Source: Carcharhinus longimanus
Lineage: Eukaryota
Assembly (NCBI GenBank): GCA_030264375.1
Contig: JASCQW010000099.1
Coordinates: forward strand, 22,499,752 to 22,563,751
DNA: 64,000 bases
Direction: 5' to 3'
Positions 62,701 to 64,000 of this stretch are shown here, piece by piece (the first letter of the stretch is position 1; every line of letters begins with the position of its first letter). A model generated the notes under the pieces. That model was not told the DNA's origin. It saw only the letters and a list, made by a program, of their open reading frames with translations, and did not search any database. The position numbers and the translations under genes are program-made.

Positions 62701-63411
62701 CTAGTACAAAGGAGAAATGTCGCAGAATCCGTCGCAGATTCAAGTCCCCTGACGTGTTGTCAACCAGGGCGACTTTAATTAGCCTCAGCCATAGAAAGGC
62801 AATAAACGAACCTTTGACAGTGGGAATTAGCAAGGTCAAATCAAAAGTCTTAGCTCACACCAAGCTCTCGAAACGATCTGCAGCTGAACTCAGTCACTTG
62901 GTAACTCACTGAGGTAAGGTGAGGACAGTTAACGATCAACAACTCCAATCAATGGCAAAGGTACTGATGTACAACACGAAACCCTAATGGTTAATGTATC
63001 GGTAGATTGTAGGGAAGCTCTGACCCCCAGCTCATTGCATGGGAAAATAGACTCTGCGACGGACATACTGTCTTATGAGCTGTTAAGCAGCAGGGTTCAG
63101 TTCTGGGTTCATACATTGACTAGTGTGGCTGTTTCCCAGGCTACTAATAGGCAGTAAAACATGATACTCCCACAGTGCCCATTTCCGGAGATGAGTGCCC
63201 TTGTTCAGTTCAATACCTGGCCATTGATTGAAGACTTAACACTCTCTTAACTGAAAAGCTTGTTCTCATTCTCACAAACAGCTGTTGGGAAGGACTGAGC
63301 TTTCATCTTTTACACCTGTATCTGCAGTCTGCCTTTCTGCCGTCTTGCCAGTGTAAAGTTCCACCCAGTGTGTGATAGGCCAGAAGAGAGGTTTGAATTT
63401 GTCAAATTGTT

Positions 63412-63660
63412 TATAGACTCCTTACAGTGCAGAAGAAGATCATTCGGCCCATTGAGCCTGCACCGACAACAATCCCACCCCGGCCCTATCCTCGTAACCC
63501 CACGTATTTACCCTGCTAATCCCCTACACTAAAGGGCCAGAGCATCTGGAGGAAACCCAAGCAGACATGGGGAAAATGTGCAGACTCTGCACAGTGACCC
63601 AAGTCATGAATCAAACCTGGGTCCCTGCCACTGTGAGGCTAACCACTGTGTCACGTGCCG
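63412..63660 (-). mobile_element. HE1 SINE, internally deleted
   Basis: Tail tacagtgcagaagaagatcattcggccc; head ...ctaaccactgtgtcacgtgcc (reverse). Confidence 0.8.
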
Positions 63661-63667
63661 AGTTTGT

Positions 63668-64000
63668 AAATTTGTTCCCGGGACGTGGGTGTCACTGGTA
63701 AGGCCATTTATCGTCCATCTCACAATGCCTTGCCGAAATTGGTGGTGAGTAGCCATCTTGAACTGTGGCAGTTCTTGCAATTTAGATGCATTCACCATCT
63801 GTTAGGGAGATGGTTCTGGGAATTTGATCCAACAACATCGAAGGAGTGGCTATGTGGTTTCCAGGTTAGGCTGATGAGTGTGACTTAGAGACAACTCTAG
63901 AAGATGTTCCCACTCATCTGCTTACCTGGTCCTATTAACTATTGGAGGCTTTGAGTTTGGAAGGTATTATCCAATGGTGAATTTCTGCAGCATGTAATGT
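63668..64000 (-). mobile_element. 3' end of the same LINE family as 53681-54836
   Basis: gggacgtgggtgtcactggtaaggcc...ggtggtgagtagccatcttgaac, homologous to 53690-54010. Confidence 0.8.

Overview
Vertebrate genomic DNA, almost certainly a shark or other elasmobranch (HE1/V-SINEs, Deu-domain SINEs, shark-type CR1, Rex1 and Penelope repeats), from a draft assembly with many N gaps. The only host coding sequence I can support is one 232-bp exon at 16783-17014 (+) that aligns with exon 3 of parkin (PRKN/PARK2), covering the end of the Ubl domain with Ser65 and the linker with the ACT element. The window therefore lies inside a giant parkin gene, with >16.7 kb of intron 2 and about 47 kb or more of intron 3. 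The introns are packed with decayed mobile elements. These include about 10 remnants of the spliced Myb/SANT-like gene and about 6 of the DDE transposase gene of PIF/Harbinger transposons plus MITEs, two LTR retrotransposon deletion derivatives with recognisable LTR pairs, CR1/Rex1/other LINE fragments, SINEs, and Penelope-like pieces, some of them tiny elements with minimal hammerhead-ribozyme motifs. A histone H4 pseudogene sits between long direct repeats. No prokaryotic-type systems are present. Family calls come from recognising translated motifs by eye, with no database search. Repeat boundaries are approximate (tens of bp) unless a TSD or splice site is quoted.
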